The position numbers and the translations under genes are program-made. Source: a virus. Taken from it: a stretch of 64,000 nt of DNA. Within the stretch, counting starts at the first letter, position 1. Each line of letters starts with the position of its first letter. Location: the IMG/VR virus record IMGVR_UViG_3300044844_000428; one strand, 5' to 3'. This document shows, piece by piece, positions 8,348 through 18,699 of the stretch. A model generated the notes under the pieces. The model was not told the DNA's origin and did no database searches. It was given only the letters and a program-made list of their open reading frames with translations.

Positions 8348-8374
8348 TCTATTAACTGGTTTTATCAATACTAA

Positions 8375-9859
8375 TTAAAGATTAATATTAATAATTTTCA
8401 TATCAAATTCTTCATTTGTATAAGTCTTAATTCTTTCTGCTAAATGACCTAAAGTATGATTAGATTTTGATTTATAAGAAAAGTTATCAGCAATGTCATA
8501 CAGATTACAACTATTCTTTCCTTCTTTTAATCTTAGTCCTCTACCAATGGATTGTAAATTTCTAATTTTTGATTTTGAAGGACTAGAGAAGATAATATTT
8601 TCTATTGATGGCATATTTACACCAGTAGACATTGTTCCAAAACTTGCAAGAATAATAGCATTAGATTCTTTTTCAGCAGTATGTCTTATTAGTTCTCTTT
8701 CTTCTGTAGCAGTTTCACCACTTATATAATAAACTTTTCTATTGTTGTCTATTTTTTCATTAATCATTTTTTGTAATACTTTTCCGTGTTTCTCAACAAA
8801 TTGGAAAAGTATTAGAGTATTTCCTGACTGTTGTAATGCTAAATTGACTATGAATTTATTACGTTTTTCATTTGAAATAATATAGTCCATTTCTGCTTGG
8901 TATTTAGCAGAGCACATAATCTTTCTAATTTCTTCAGGGTATTTTAACAACAAACATTTTATAGAAAGATTGACTACTCGGTTTGAATCCATTAATTCTT
9001 TAGTAGTAATTACTCGGTGAACTGGACCAAGTATTCCTTCTAATTGAAGTTGTGAAATTTGTGTATTGTCTATTGTACCAGTAGTTCCAATTCTATACTT
9101 TACATCTGTCATTTTTTCAAACATTGAAGTTTGACTTGTAGCCTTTGCTAAATGTGCTTCATCTGAAATTACTACGTCAAATTGATTACACCATTCTTTG
9201 GACAATTTAAATGTTGATTGCCATGTTGTTAATAGTACGTTTTTTTTGAAATCCTTAGACAGCCCTGAATATAATTTTTGACAGTTGTTCTCAGTTGACC
9301 AACCATTATGAGAAGAATAATCCACAAAATCTGAGTATAATTGTTCTACTAATGACGTATTAGGAACGATTATTAGACACTTTAAATTCTTTGCAGTGAA
9401 CCATCTTATTAGAGTGTAAATGATTGCTGATTTTCCACTTGAAGTAGGGCTTATTAGTAATGTTCTGCATTCATTCAATGCCTTATGTATTGCATTGAAT
9501 TGATAATCGCGTAATTCTATTGGCTTATTCTTTGAATGAAGTTTCAATAATTTAGCAAAATCTTCTACATGATTTAGCTTTATTCCATTGTCGTAAGTAA
9601 TTCCGTCATCAATTTGTAATTCATAATCATTTCTTTCTGCAAATTCTTTTACATAATTTATTAGTCCAGCATATAGGGTTTTTGTTTGAGTATTATAAAG
9701 TCTGCAATATCCATCCCATATTTTGGCTTTAAATTTGGGCATGTACTTTGCTCCAGGAACCGCAAATTTAAAAAACTCTGAAAGTTCCTGTTCAACTCCT
9801 CTGTCAGAGAATATTCTAATAAAGGCTTCATTGTATTTTTCGACTTTAATAATTGTCAT
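8375..9859 (-). CDS. uvsW: SF2 RNA-DNA/DNA helicase
   Basis: LRDYQ, SPTSSGKS, DEAH, TGT and QSIGRGLR motifs. Confidence 0.96.
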   Translation of the reverse strand: MTIIKVEKYNEAFIRIFSDRGVEQELSEFFKFAVPGAKYMPKFKAKIWDGYCRLYNTQTKTLYAGLINYVKEFAERNDYELQIDDGITYDNGIKLNHVEDFAKLLKLHSKNKPIELRDYQFNAIHKALNECRTLLISPTSSGKSAIIYTLIRWFTAKNLKCLIIVPNTSLVEQLYSDFVDYSSHNGWSTENNCQKLYSGLSKDFKKNVLLTTWQSTFKLSKEWCNQFDVVISDEAHLAKATSQTSMFEKMTDVKYRIGTTGTIDNTQISQLQLEGILGPVHRVITTKELMDSNRVVNLSIKCLLLKYPEEIRKIMCSAKYQAEMDYIISNEKRNKFIVNLALQQSGNTLILFQFVEKHGKVLQKMINEKIDNNRKVYYISGETATEERELIRHTAEKESNAIILASFGTMSTGVNMPSIENIIFSSPSKSKIRNLQSIGRGLRLKEGKNSCNLYDIADNFSYKSKSNHTLGHLAERIKTYTNEEFDMKIININL

Positions 9860-10296
9860 TATGCACCAGCTAGAAATTGTTTGAAACCAATAGAATTTTT
9901 AATTGACCATGTTCTATCAGAAATTGATTTTAGAATCGATTCTAAAAGATAAATCATAGTATCAATATATTCTATTTTTAATTTCATATTAGCAATTTCA
10001 GTATCACCTTCTAGCAATTGTTCCATTTCATTTTTTAATGGTTTTGCATATTGCCATTGTTCCCATCCTAAATCTATTAATTCTTGACGAGATAATTCAC
10101 CACGATAATAACGAAATTTAGTTTTCTTTAATACAACAAAATCATTTTTAATTTTACTTAATCTAAGTTTGGCGTCAATTAGTAGTCTAATATATTTAGA
10201 ATGAAGTTTTGCAGTTTTTACAGATTCCGTATCTAGGTGGTCGTTATTGATTTCACAGTCAATTTCCCAATTTGCTTGGATTTCATCAAGTGTCAT
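9859..10296 (-). CDS. uvsY: recombination mediator
   Basis: LHSKY...YYRGE...R.WSIKNSI.FKQF.AGA. Adjacent to uvsW. Confidence 0.92.
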   Translation of the reverse strand: MTLDEIQANWEIDCEINNDHLDTESVKTAKLHSKYIRLLIDAKLRLSKIKNDFVVLKKTKFRYYRGELSRQELIDLGWEQWQYAKPLKNEMEQLLEGDTEIANMKLKIEYIDTMIYLLESILKSISDRTWSIKNSIGFKQFLAGA

Positions 10297-10311
10297 AATA
10301 TCTCCAATAAT

Positions 10312-10836
10312 TTACTCAAAAATAAAGTATGTGTACTCAAATGTAGCCGATGCAGTTATATATGTGACGTCCGTATTAGTTGTAGCAAAAGTTAATCCTG
10401 AAAGATTAGTAGGAATCAAATCAACAAATCTTACTGTTTGGACCACCGTATTATTTGAACCTAAAATCTCAAGAGTACCGTCTGAAAAGTTTCTTGCTGA
10501 ATCAGACATAACAAACTTTGGATTTCTATTTTGAAATGAAGTGTACTGTTCATATTCTTGAGGATGACCTAATCCAGCAATCCAGTTAAAGATAGCAAGA
10601 TAGTTTGCCATATTCTCATCAACTAGAAAATTAATAGTCAATGGTTCGAATTCCATTTTAGTACTAGGAAGTTTTATCTGAGTGAATGGAGTGTCCATAT
10701 CCATTCTAGGAAGTGATATGCCTGGCAATGGTACTTCTTGAGTAAAGTAAACCATTTCGGGTATTTTCTGAATAACAAATTGGAATCCATTAGGAGATAA
10801 CGGATTTAGATTTTCTGGTATAAGAGAGATTGCCAT
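10312..10836 (-). CDS. gp3: tail completion/tube terminator protein
   Basis: NPLSPNGFQF...PGISL...FLVDENMANY...F.DL.PT.LSGL.F. Confidence 0.88.
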   Translation of the reverse strand: MAISLIPENLNPLSPNGFQFVIQKIPEMVYFTQEVPLPGISLPRMDMDTPFTQIKLPSTKMEFEPLTINFLVDENMANYLAIFNWIAGLGHPQEYEQYTSFQNRNPKFVMSDSARNFSDGTLEILGSNNTVVQTVRFVDLIPTNLSGLTFATTNTDVTYITASATFEYTYFIFE

Positions 10837-10860
10837 GATAGTTCCTTACGATGTTTGAAC

Positions 10861-10868
10861 TATTTATA
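10861..10868 (-). promoter_or_regulatory. late promoter for gp3-uvsY-uvsW
   Basis: TATAAATA on the minus strand. Confidence 0.75.
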
Positions 10869-10870
10869 TA

Positions 10871-10899
10871 TTTACATTGTGGTAAGAATGGTGTATAAT
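10871..10899 (+). promoter_or_regulatory. early-type promoter for the Hef-like endonuclease
   Basis: TTTACA-17-TATAAT. Confidence 0.65.
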
Positions 10900-10935
10900 T
10901 ATACTAATGGTGCTTTATTGTTAAAGGAAATACTT

Positions 10936-12669
10936 ATGGATGACTTGAAAACGAGATTGATAGAATACAGAAAAACAGCAAATAATACATGGACAAAAAA
11001 AATTACAGATACTGATCTGGAACAAGATTTACTTGAATATCCAAACTATTCAGAGCTACCCCCAAATCAAAAGGCAGCTGCTATTATTCTGGGTAGAATT
11101 CCGATATGTGAATGTGGTAATGCAGTATCATTTCAGGGTAAACGAAAAGAAACTATCAATGGAACTCCATTTGGAGGATGGTTGGAATTCTGTTCATCTA
11201 AATGCGCTAAATCATCTAATAAAACAATAGAAAAAAGAAAACAGACGTGTATCGATAGATTTGGAACTGACAGTTGGTCAAAGACTGATATTGCTAAAAA
11301 GACTATGAGTTTACCATGGTCAGAAGAAAAGAAAGTAGCATATAATGCTACTGTATCAAAGACATGTATTGAAAAGTATGGTGTTGACCATTATAGTAAA
11401 ACAGAAGAATATTTAGATAAGCGGAATGCTACAGTACTTAGGCAAACTGATGGCAAATATACCAATCATTTTCAGAATGTTGACAAGATAAAAGAATCTA
11501 ATCTTGAAAAGTATGGTGTTGACCATTATAACAAAACTGAATCTGGTAGAAATAATCTTAGAACTAATAATGGTATGTTTAATCATGACGTCGCTATTAG
11601 ATCAAAATTTAACAAGATGAAATCTAAGTATTCTGAAGAACTATTGGAAATACTTATCAATAAAGATAATATAAGATTCAAATCATTCATTGATAGTATT
11701 GTTACATCGAATCAATATAAACATAGACACCAAATTGCAGAACACTTGAATTTAAGTTATTCTTATCTTAATGCTATATTTAGAGAGTATGGAATGCAAA
11801 ATGAGTATCTAACACTAGGAACTTCAATCTCATTTAAAGAACAAGAAGTATTCGAGTATGTACAATCATTAGGTTTTACTATTAAGAGAAGCGATAGAAC
11901 AATACTTGATGGTAAGGAAATAGATATACTTATTGAACAAAAGAAACTTGGAATAGAATTTAATGGGTTATATTATCATTCTGAGTATAGTGGAGGAAAA
12001 GATAGTAGATATCATCTTGATAAAACTGAACTATGTGAATTAAAAGGTTACCAACTTTTGCATATATTTGAAAATGAATGGAATGATTCTAGTAAGAATA
12101 AAATATGGAAATCCATTATCAAATCAAAATTAGGTCTTATTACTAATAGAATATTTGCTAGAAAATGTACTGTCGTTGAACTAACACCAAAAGAAAGCAG
12201 AAAGTTCTTTGATGCAAATCATTTATCTGGATTCGTGGGAGCAAGTTTACATGTTGGACTATATTATAATGATACCTTGGTTTCTGCTATATCTTATGGT
12301 AAATCCAGATTCTCAAATAATGAGAATGAAATTTATAGATTTGCTTCACTACTAGATTACCAAGTAGTTGGAGCATTGGGAAAATTAATATCAAAAATAC
12401 CAAATGACAATTTAGTTTCTTTTGCAGATAGAAGAATATCAGGAGTAGATTCAGCATATTCTAAATTCTTTAATTTCAAGCATAAAGTTGGTCCAAATTG
12501 GTGGGGAATTGAATCTGGTAATCTTAAACATAGAATGAGTTATACTAAGAAGAATGTTAAGATGTTACTTGGTGAATTATATGATGAAAACTTATCAGTA
12601 AAAGATAATATGTTTGCCAATAAGATTGATATCATTCACGACTGCGGAAATTGGAAATTCTATAATTAA
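10936..12669 (+). mobile_element. Hef-like free-standing homing endonuclease (PD-(D/E)XK/Vsr-like core)
   Basis: Zn-finger CECG...FCSSKC, KYGVDHY repeats, EIDI.I...LGIEFNGLYYHSE, LLHIFENEW, IFARKC, C-terminal IHDCGN. Likely start at 10936 after AAGGA. Convergent with gp23. Confidence 0.8.
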
Positions 12670-12681
12670 ATTTCAGACATA

Positions 12682-12708
12682 AGAAAGGGGCCGTTAAGCC
12701 CCTTTTCT
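12682..12708. terminator. bidirectional intrinsic terminator between gp23 and the endonuclease
   Basis: AGAAAGGGGC-CGTTAA-GCCCCTTTTCT. Confidence 0.8.
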
Positions 12709-12735
12709 ACAACAACAAAAGTTGTTATAAATCAA

Positions 12736-14079
12736 CTACATAAGATTTGCTACCGCGACCTTGCGATAATATGAGTTTGCATTAGCATACAAACCATTTG
12801 GATCTTGTGGACCTGTATAATCAGCTACGGCAAATGGATTGCTAGCAATACCATAACGTGTTTTGAAGCCAATTTTTGGTTGGAATGTATTAGGATCAGT
12901 TGCACGAACTAATTGCAATGGTACATATGGGCAGTAGAACATACCAGCATCAAATGCTGAACTACCTTTATAACCAGCAACAAAGAATTGTGTAGCTGAA
13001 CTGTTTGCTGCATATGGATCAACATAAACTTTATAACGACCGTTTAAGATACCAGCAAAAGTTGTTGAAGTATCATCAACATTCAATGAAGTAGATAATG
13101 CAGGAGCATAATCAAGTACACCAGCCATAGCAAGTGCAGATGCTACGTCAGCAGAAGTGATGATGAAGTTAGCTTTACCACGACGTGTTAATTGGCCAAC
13201 AGCATTTGCTTCACGTTCAATTTGGAACAATAAACCTTTGAATTTTTCAACTGACCAACGACCATTTGAATCGATATCAAGATCGAATGAACCAGCAACA
13301 GCAGTACCAGTTTGAGCACCAACTTTAGCAGAGATATAAACGCGACGAACAACTTCACGGTTGATTTCAGCAAGAATTTCTTGAGTTAAGATGTTGCTCA
13401 ATTCAGCAGCAGCATCTAAACCATGAACTGATTTAAGATCTTGTGCTAATTCATCTGTGTATTCTGCTTTCAACGCGCGGGTTTGAGCAGTAACAGATGT
13501 TTTTTCGATTGAGAATGCCATTTCAGCAAAAGTAGTTGCTTCACCTTCAGCAGTAGTCATACCATAACCTGTAGTAGCGTTAAAGATGTCTGTTAATGCC
13601 GATTGTGTACCAGAAGCGGGAGTACCAGTACCGTCAAACAATGAAGCTGAACCAGAGAATTGAGTGTTTGCTTCGTTAACCAACGCTTCAGCACCATTTT
13701 GTGATGTGTAACGCGATTTCATAGCAAAGATCAAACCAGTAGGTTGAGTCATTGGTTGAACACCACAGATATCATAAGCAATCATTTGTGGCATTGCACG
13801 ACGTACTAATGAGATTAATACTGGATCGTAACCTTGAACAGCTGCAGTAGTTGCACCAGCAGCCCAACCAGCAGAACCTAAAGCGATAGATGAACCACCA
13901 GCGTTAGCGTGTGTTTCATACAAGCCCATGCTCATTGAACCTTCTTCACGCATTGCTTTTTCTTGGTTTTCTAATAATACCGCAGTAACTTCTTTACGGT
14001 AGTTGTCTTTGATAGGACTTAAAGATTCGTGCTCTAAGATAGGAGCCCATTTTTTTACTAATTCAGGACGAGTTTGCAT
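12736..14079 (-). CDS. gp23: major capsid protein
   Basis: KWAPIL, GVQPMTQPTGLIFAM, RALKAEYT.ELAQDLK, FQPKIGFKTRYG. Confidence 0.99.
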   Translation of the reverse strand: MQTRPELVKKWAPILEHESLSPIKDNYRKEVTAVLLENQEKAMREEGSMSMGLYETHANAGGSSIALGSAGWAAGATTAAVQGYDPVLISLVRRAMPQMIAYDICGVQPMTQPTGLIFAMKSRYTSQNGAEALVNEANTQFSGSASLFDGTGTPASGTQSALTDIFNATTGYGMTTAEGEATTFAEMAFSIEKTSVTAQTRALKAEYTDELAQDLKSVHGLDAAAELSNILTQEILAEINREVVRRVYISAKVGAQTGTAVAGSFDLDIDSNGRWSVEKFKGLLFQIEREANAVGQLTRRGKANFIITSADVASALAMAGVLDYAPALSTSLNVDDTSTTFAGILNGRYKVYVDPYAANSSATQFFVAGYKGSSAFDAGMFYCPYVPLQLVRATDPNTFQPKIGFKTRYGIASNPFAVADYTGPQDPNGLYANANSYYRKVAVANLM

Positions 14080-14097
14080 TTTTGTAATTTCCTTATT

Positions 14098-15576
14098 TTA
14101 AAGTTTAATTCTGTTAAAAGTTTCTAAATATTGAGCTACATTTGGATCAATGTTTTGTACACTTTCAGTAAGTTGTACTGGTGAATCAGTTACGATAGAT
14201 TGTACTGTACCAGCAGTGGGTTTTTTACCAAAGTAATTTTCTTTGATGATTTGCAATTTAGAAGAATATGTGTCTGAATCTTCAAAAGATAATTCTTCAG
14301 CAAGAGATTTGAATTTCTCTACTTCAGTATCAGTCATTGTTTTGCAGAATTCTTCTGTAATTGTATTTCTTTCTACATAATTGATGTACTTAGACATCTC
14401 AACATTCGATTCCAAAGATTCATCAAGTTTAGATTCCAAAATAGCTACTGATTCTTGTAATTCAGCAACAAGATCAAGTTTTTCATCTGGAACTTCAATA
14501 TAATGCTCTTGGAATAAATTTTTCATTCCACTAACAAATCCTTCAAGAATGTCATTTTTAATGCCGGTTGTAACGGCAAGTTCATTATCATTCATCCACT
14601 GCTCAACAACATAGTTGAGGTATCCATCAACTTTTTCAACAATTTCTTCTTTAGCACCTTCATAGTATTCTACGAGGCGGTCTTGGAATTCTTCTTCTAA
14701 TGATTCAACTTCTTGAGTCACTCTTGACATTACAGCAGCTTCAAAGATTGCAGTAGCTTTTTCTCTGAATTCTTCTGTAAGGTTTTCGCCATTCATTAAA
14801 GCATCAACATCGGCATCGATATCTTCTTTAGTCAATCTATCGACTGCTCTATTAATACCAACCTTACGTTTTTTATTCATACTAGCTGCGTGTTCATATT
14901 CTTTACTTCTTGTGGGATCAGTAACAGTTACACCCTTAACAAAACCCGCAAGACCAACATCAGATGTTGCTTTCTTGACATAAGAACCCAAAGTTTTCTT
15001 TGATAATTCATCAAGTTGCTCATAATCTTCTGACATCATAAAGTCTTCTAATTCTTCAATTGAAAAATCTTCAAGATCTTCTTTAGTCAATTTGTTGACT
15101 GCTTTAGCAATACCTTTTTGTCTCGTATGTATTTTTCTTCCATGATATGCTGAATTTTCGATATCTCCTCTTTCAAGAGAACCGACCATATTAATACCAT
15201 GAGATGAAAGTTTATCAGATGCTTTCTTGACATAAGAACCCAAAGTTTTCTTTGACAATTCGTCAAGTTGTTCTTCATCAAGATCATCAATATCTTCGTT
15301 GACATTAGTATTTAGAACTTTTTTAGTTTTTCTTTTGAATGTATCGTGTGGTTCATTGTGCTGTTGACCAGAACGATGTAATGACCAACCTGGACCTTTA
15401 GGTCTTTCGCCTACTGGAACCTTGACTTTTTCCACATCTAATGCTTCATCAAGATCTTCTTCAGAATCTTCATCATCTTCTTTATCAGACTCTTTCATTT
15501 TGGTTTTGCATGCTTCAGCCATTTGCAATGCTTCAGATTCTCTTAATAAATCTGCAATTTTATCTTCTATAGACAT
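14098..15576 (-). CDS. gp22: prohead core scaffold protein with a large N-terminal repeat insertion
   Basis: C-terminal EEFREKATAIFEAAV...VDGYLNYVVEQWM..NELA. Lies between gp21 and gp23. Confidence 0.9.
   Translation of the reverse strand: MSIEDKIADLLRESEALQMAEACKTKMKESDKEDDEDSEEDLDEALDVEKVKVPVGERPKGPGWSLHRSGQQHNEPHDTFKRKTKKVLNTNVNEDIDDLDEEQLDELSKKTLGSYVKKASDKLSSHGINMVGSLERGDIENSAYHGRKIHTRQKGIAKAVNKLTKEDLEDFSIEELEDFMMSEDYEQLDELSKKTLGSYVKKATSDVGLAGFVKGVTVTDPTRSKEYEHAASMNKKRKVGINRAVDRLTKEDIDADVDALMNGENLTEEFREKATAIFEAAVMSRVTQEVESLEEEFQDRLVEYYEGAKEEIVEKVDGYLNYVVEQWMNDNELAVTTGIKNDILEGFVSGMKNLFQEHYIEVPDEKLDLVAELQESVAILESKLDESLESNVEMSKYINYVERNTITEEFCKTMTDTEVEKFKSLAEELSFEDSDTYSSKLQIIKENYFGKKPTAGTVQSIVTDSPVQLTESVQNIDPNVAQYLETFNRIKL
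14968..15255. repeat. 36-bp exact direct repeat in gp22 (14968-15003 and 15220-15255)
   Basis: TGCTTTCTTGACATAAGAACCCAAAGTTTTCTTTGA occurs twice and encodes SKKTLGSYVKKA. Confidence 0.9.
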
Positions 15577-15595
15577 CGTGTCTCCCTTGTTATAG

Positions 15596-16237
15596 TTACT
15601 TAATACGTGTTAAGAAATTTTGAAATTCTTTCAGTGATACTTCATTTATTAAACTAGATTTGGCACCTGAAATTGCTTTGCGAGCATCATCAATATGGCG
15701 TTCTGTAAAGATACCATTAACGTAAACCCATTCTTTACCTTCCATGATACCATTAACCCAACAATCAATACCACTTGGTTCGTGGACAATATCCACTGTA
15801 TTCAATTTATAGTCTGACTGGACTTCATTGATATTACCTTTACGAACTACTGAACCAAGTCCTCTTGAAGATACTCCTAACTTAACACCTTCTTCTAAGA
15901 AGTTCTGAGCAATCTTACCCATAGGGGTATCAAGGATTTTAGCTTTACCAACAATGTCATTACCATCAAATCTCAATTCAGTAATCAAGTGAGATACTTT
16001 ATCAAGATTAAGAGAAGGAGAGTCTGGATGACCAAGTTCGCCAAGTGAGCGTTTTTCTTTTATAGAAGATTGGTATTTTTTGAGTTCTGATTCCATAATA
16101 GACTTAGGATAAGTTCTTCCATTTCTATTAGGTGTATCGGCTTGCATAAAAACACCACTGATGTAATGGGATTTCTTTGTGCCATCTGATTCGACCAGAT
16201 ATTGCACATCCATTACTTGTTCTGTGATTAATTTCAT
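15596..16237 (-). CDS. gp21: prohead protease
   Basis: MKLITE, NRNGRTYP, GELGHP, GVSSRGLGS. Confidence 0.97.
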   Translation of the reverse strand: MKLITEQVMDVQYLVESDGTKKSHYISGVFMQADTPNRNGRTYPKSIMESELKKYQSSIKEKRSLGELGHPDSPSLNLDKVSHLITELRFDGNDIVGKAKILDTPMGKIAQNFLEEGVKLGVSSRGLGSVVRKGNINEVQSDYKLNTVDIVHEPSGIDCWVNGIMEGKEWVYVNGIFTERHIDDARKAISGAKSSLINEVSLKEFQNFLTRIK

Positions 16238-16245
16238 ATCTGTCC

Positions 16246-16653
16246 TTAGATTGATTGGATAGTACTTAATTGATCTGTATTTTTATAACCAGAAACCTTT
16301 TTAAGTCTAACCCAAAGTTCCATATTGCCAGTACCAGTAACAGTAAACACTAATGGATATGTATTATTGATTGGATCGTTAGCAAATCCAGCTTCTGATA
16401 AATTGATACTACCAATAGTATTAGATTGGAAGGTATATGACCTTACAGAATTTCTATCAATAGCAATAGTACAATCAGCATTGCCAGACCAAAATAGATT
16501 AGCAATATTAACTTTCTGAGTAGCACCATTCAGTGCTTCGTTTACTGCAAGGATATCCGTTGTCAAGTTAAGTGTTGCTGAACCAGCAGTGCCTGCAACT
16601 TTAACAACAACATCGCTATAGGTTTTTGATACAACTGTTATAGTTACAGCCAT
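16246..16653 (-). CDS. hypothetical virion protein
   Basis: 135-aa beta-rich ORF in the head operon, ending LKKVSGY. Confidence 0.7.
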   Translation of the reverse strand: MAVTITVVSKTYSDVVVKVAGTAGSATLNLTTDILAVNEALNGATQKVNIANLFWSGNADCTIAIDRNSVRSYTFQSNTIGSINLSEAGFANDPINNTYPLVFTVTGTGNMELWVRLKKVSGYKNTDQLSTIQSI

Positions 16654-16656
16654 CTT

Positions 16657-17007
16657 TTATTCCTTAATTGTTTCTTGAATAACACTAAAGAAGTTATCTT
16701 TAGATTCATTCATAAAATTAATTGCTTTAGTATTATTTATTAAAATCTGATTTAGGAGATTCTGTGTTTCTTCGGTAATTGAAACACAAGAACCGTCATC
16801 CAAAGTATATTCATACCGACAACTTAATGAAGATTGTTTCTCTCTTAACTCCAATATTACTGGATCAACTGTAAATCTATTGGTTTCCAATAACGAAGAA
16901 TAAGATTCAATTAAAGATGGACTTGCTTCAACGCCGTAATGTTCTTTTATAGAATTGGATATATTCTTTTTGATACCAATAGATTGTACAAAAGATGAAT
17001 AGTTCAT
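16657..17007 (-). CDS. prohead core protein, gp68-like position
   Basis: Synteny gp20-gp67-gp68-gp21; LDDGS.V.I motif. Confidence 0.55.
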   Translation of the reverse strand: MNYSSFVQSIGIKKNISNSIKEHYGVEASPSLIESYSSLLETNRFTVDPVILELREKQSSLSCRYEYTLDDGSCVSITEETQNLLNQILINNTKAINFMNESKDNFFSVIQETIKE

Positions 17008-17168
17008 TAGTCGTCCGTGTCTTTAAACATAGTTTGAGCAACTTCCATTTTTCTATCTTCAATAGCAGATGAAATCTTATCAGACATTACTGCTTGAAAA
17101 GAGTTCTCGATATCAGTTGCTTTACCAGAAATAATAGCATCAACTAAATTTGAAGTAAATTCTGTCAT
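17007..17168 (-). CDS. gp67: prohead core protein gp67-like (not in ORF track)
   Basis: Manual translation MTEFTSNLVDAIISGKATDIENSFQAVMSDKISSAIEDRKMEVAQTMFKDTDD. Follows gp20. Confidence 0.75.
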   Translation of the reverse strand: MTEFTSNLVDAIISGKATDIENSFQAVMSDKISSAIEDRKMEVAQTMFKDTDD

Positions 17169-17177
17169 AATATGTTC

Positions 17178-18683
17178 CTATTGTTGTGTTGTATCTTGAG
17201 TAACTTGTCCAGAATCTTGTTCTTGATCTACTGGAGAAGGTTCCTTTTTAATCTGAGCAGCAATCTCTTTAATATCTTTTTCTGATTGCATCAATACATT
17301 CTTTTGTACCCAATCGATTGAGAAATATTTACCAACATAAGGATCCAATAATTGAAGAGTCTGGAGTCTGTTTTGCAGAATCTCAGTATCTTTCATTTCT
17401 TGGAAATGATTATCTTGGTTGAAATCGTATCTTATACTATTAGCAAATTCATCCCATTCATCTTCACGAATGATACCCTTTGTGACAAGTTGGATTCTTA
17501 ATATTTCATTGAATACATTAGAAAATTTATTTCTTAATCTATTTATAAACTTACCAAACTTAATCTCATCCCGAGTAATTTCTGAACTTCTACCAAGAGA
17601 GAAACCAGTATCTGGTCTAAGTCTTGAAATAGGAACATTAAGTGCTTGGAATAATTTATTTTGGAAGTAGTTGATATCTTCAATTTGACCAAGATTCTGT
17701 GCACCATCAAGAGTAGTAATTTCAGTACCTTTACCACCTTCTCTTCTAGGCATCCAGAAATCTTCCATCATAGAAAGATTTTTCTTATCAGTTTTAACTT
17801 CACCTGTAACAGCATCATAAACAAGTTTGTTTCTAAACTTATTCATAATGTCTTGAACGTATTGTTCAGCTTTCAGTTTAGGTAAATTACCAACATCAAT
17901 ATAGAATACTCTACGTTCTGGTGCTCTTGATACTCTGTAAATTACTAGAGCATCCTCAATCATTTTCAATTGGTTTGTAGGTTTGATTGCTTTATGCAAG
18001 TATCCCATAACCATATTAGTATTACCATCAAGAATACCAGAATGACAATAGGCAACTGAATCCAAACTCATACGAACACCTTGAGTAGTTTGGGTAGTTA
18101 ATCCTTTATCATTGTATAGGTAGTATTCTTCTTGGATACTTGAAAGTTCTACACCTTTAGGAGAACGCGAAGATTTTACAACTTTAACACGTCTGATTTT
18201 TTGTGGTTCGATGATTCTTAATTCAGTGATGCCAGATTTCTTATTATTCTCATCAAGCATGATGTTATAATAGATTCTACCATCAATGTACCAAGTTCTG
18301 AAAATATCATGACCTCTATCATTGAACTTCAATAGAGTAAGTACATTCTCAAATTCATCTCTAATTTTCTTTTTGATGCCATCGGAAACTTTAGTATCGT
18401 CAAGAACGATATCGACAGTTTGGCCAGTATCACTAGTAACGATTGCTTCATTAACAATATCTTCAATTGCTGAATCGCAATCTGGGTATTGACTGATTTC
18501 ACGATATTTCCGAATTAGATCATTTTCGTTTTTAATGCCGCCATCTAAATCTACAGAAAGACCATAGTAATTTGCGGCAGATACCAAAGCAGAACCGTCT
18601 TCAAGAGACGGTGGCACTACTGAAGCCACCACCGCCTTTTGATTCGCTTTCTTTTTGGTTAAATTAATTCCAAAAATTTCCAT
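17178..18683 (-). CDS. gp20: portal vertex protein
   Basis: YLHKAIKPTNQLKMIEDALVIYRVSRAPERRVFYIDVGNLPK, EDFWMPRREGGKGTEITTL. Confidence 0.99.
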   Translation of the reverse strand: MEIFGINLTKKKANQKAVVASVVPPSLEDGSALVSAANYYGLSVDLDGGIKNENDLIRKYREISQYPDCDSAIEDIVNEAIVTSDTGQTVDIVLDDTKVSDGIKKKIRDEFENVLTLLKFNDRGHDIFRTWYIDGRIYYNIMLDENNKKSGITELRIIEPQKIRRVKVVKSSRSPKGVELSSIQEEYYLYNDKGLTTQTTQGVRMSLDSVAYCHSGILDGNTNMVMGYLHKAIKPTNQLKMIEDALVIYRVSRAPERRVFYIDVGNLPKLKAEQYVQDIMNKFRNKLVYDAVTGEVKTDKKNLSMMEDFWMPRREGGKGTEITTLDGAQNLGQIEDINYFQNKLFQALNVPISRLRPDTGFSLGRSSEITRDEIKFGKFINRLRNKFSNVFNEILRIQLVTKGIIREDEWDEFANSIRYDFNQDNHFQEMKDTEILQNRLQTLQLLDPYVGKYFSIDWVQKNVLMQSEKDIKEIAAQIKKEPSPVDQEQDSGQVTQDTTQQ

Positions 18684-18699
18684 TATATACCTTTATTAG

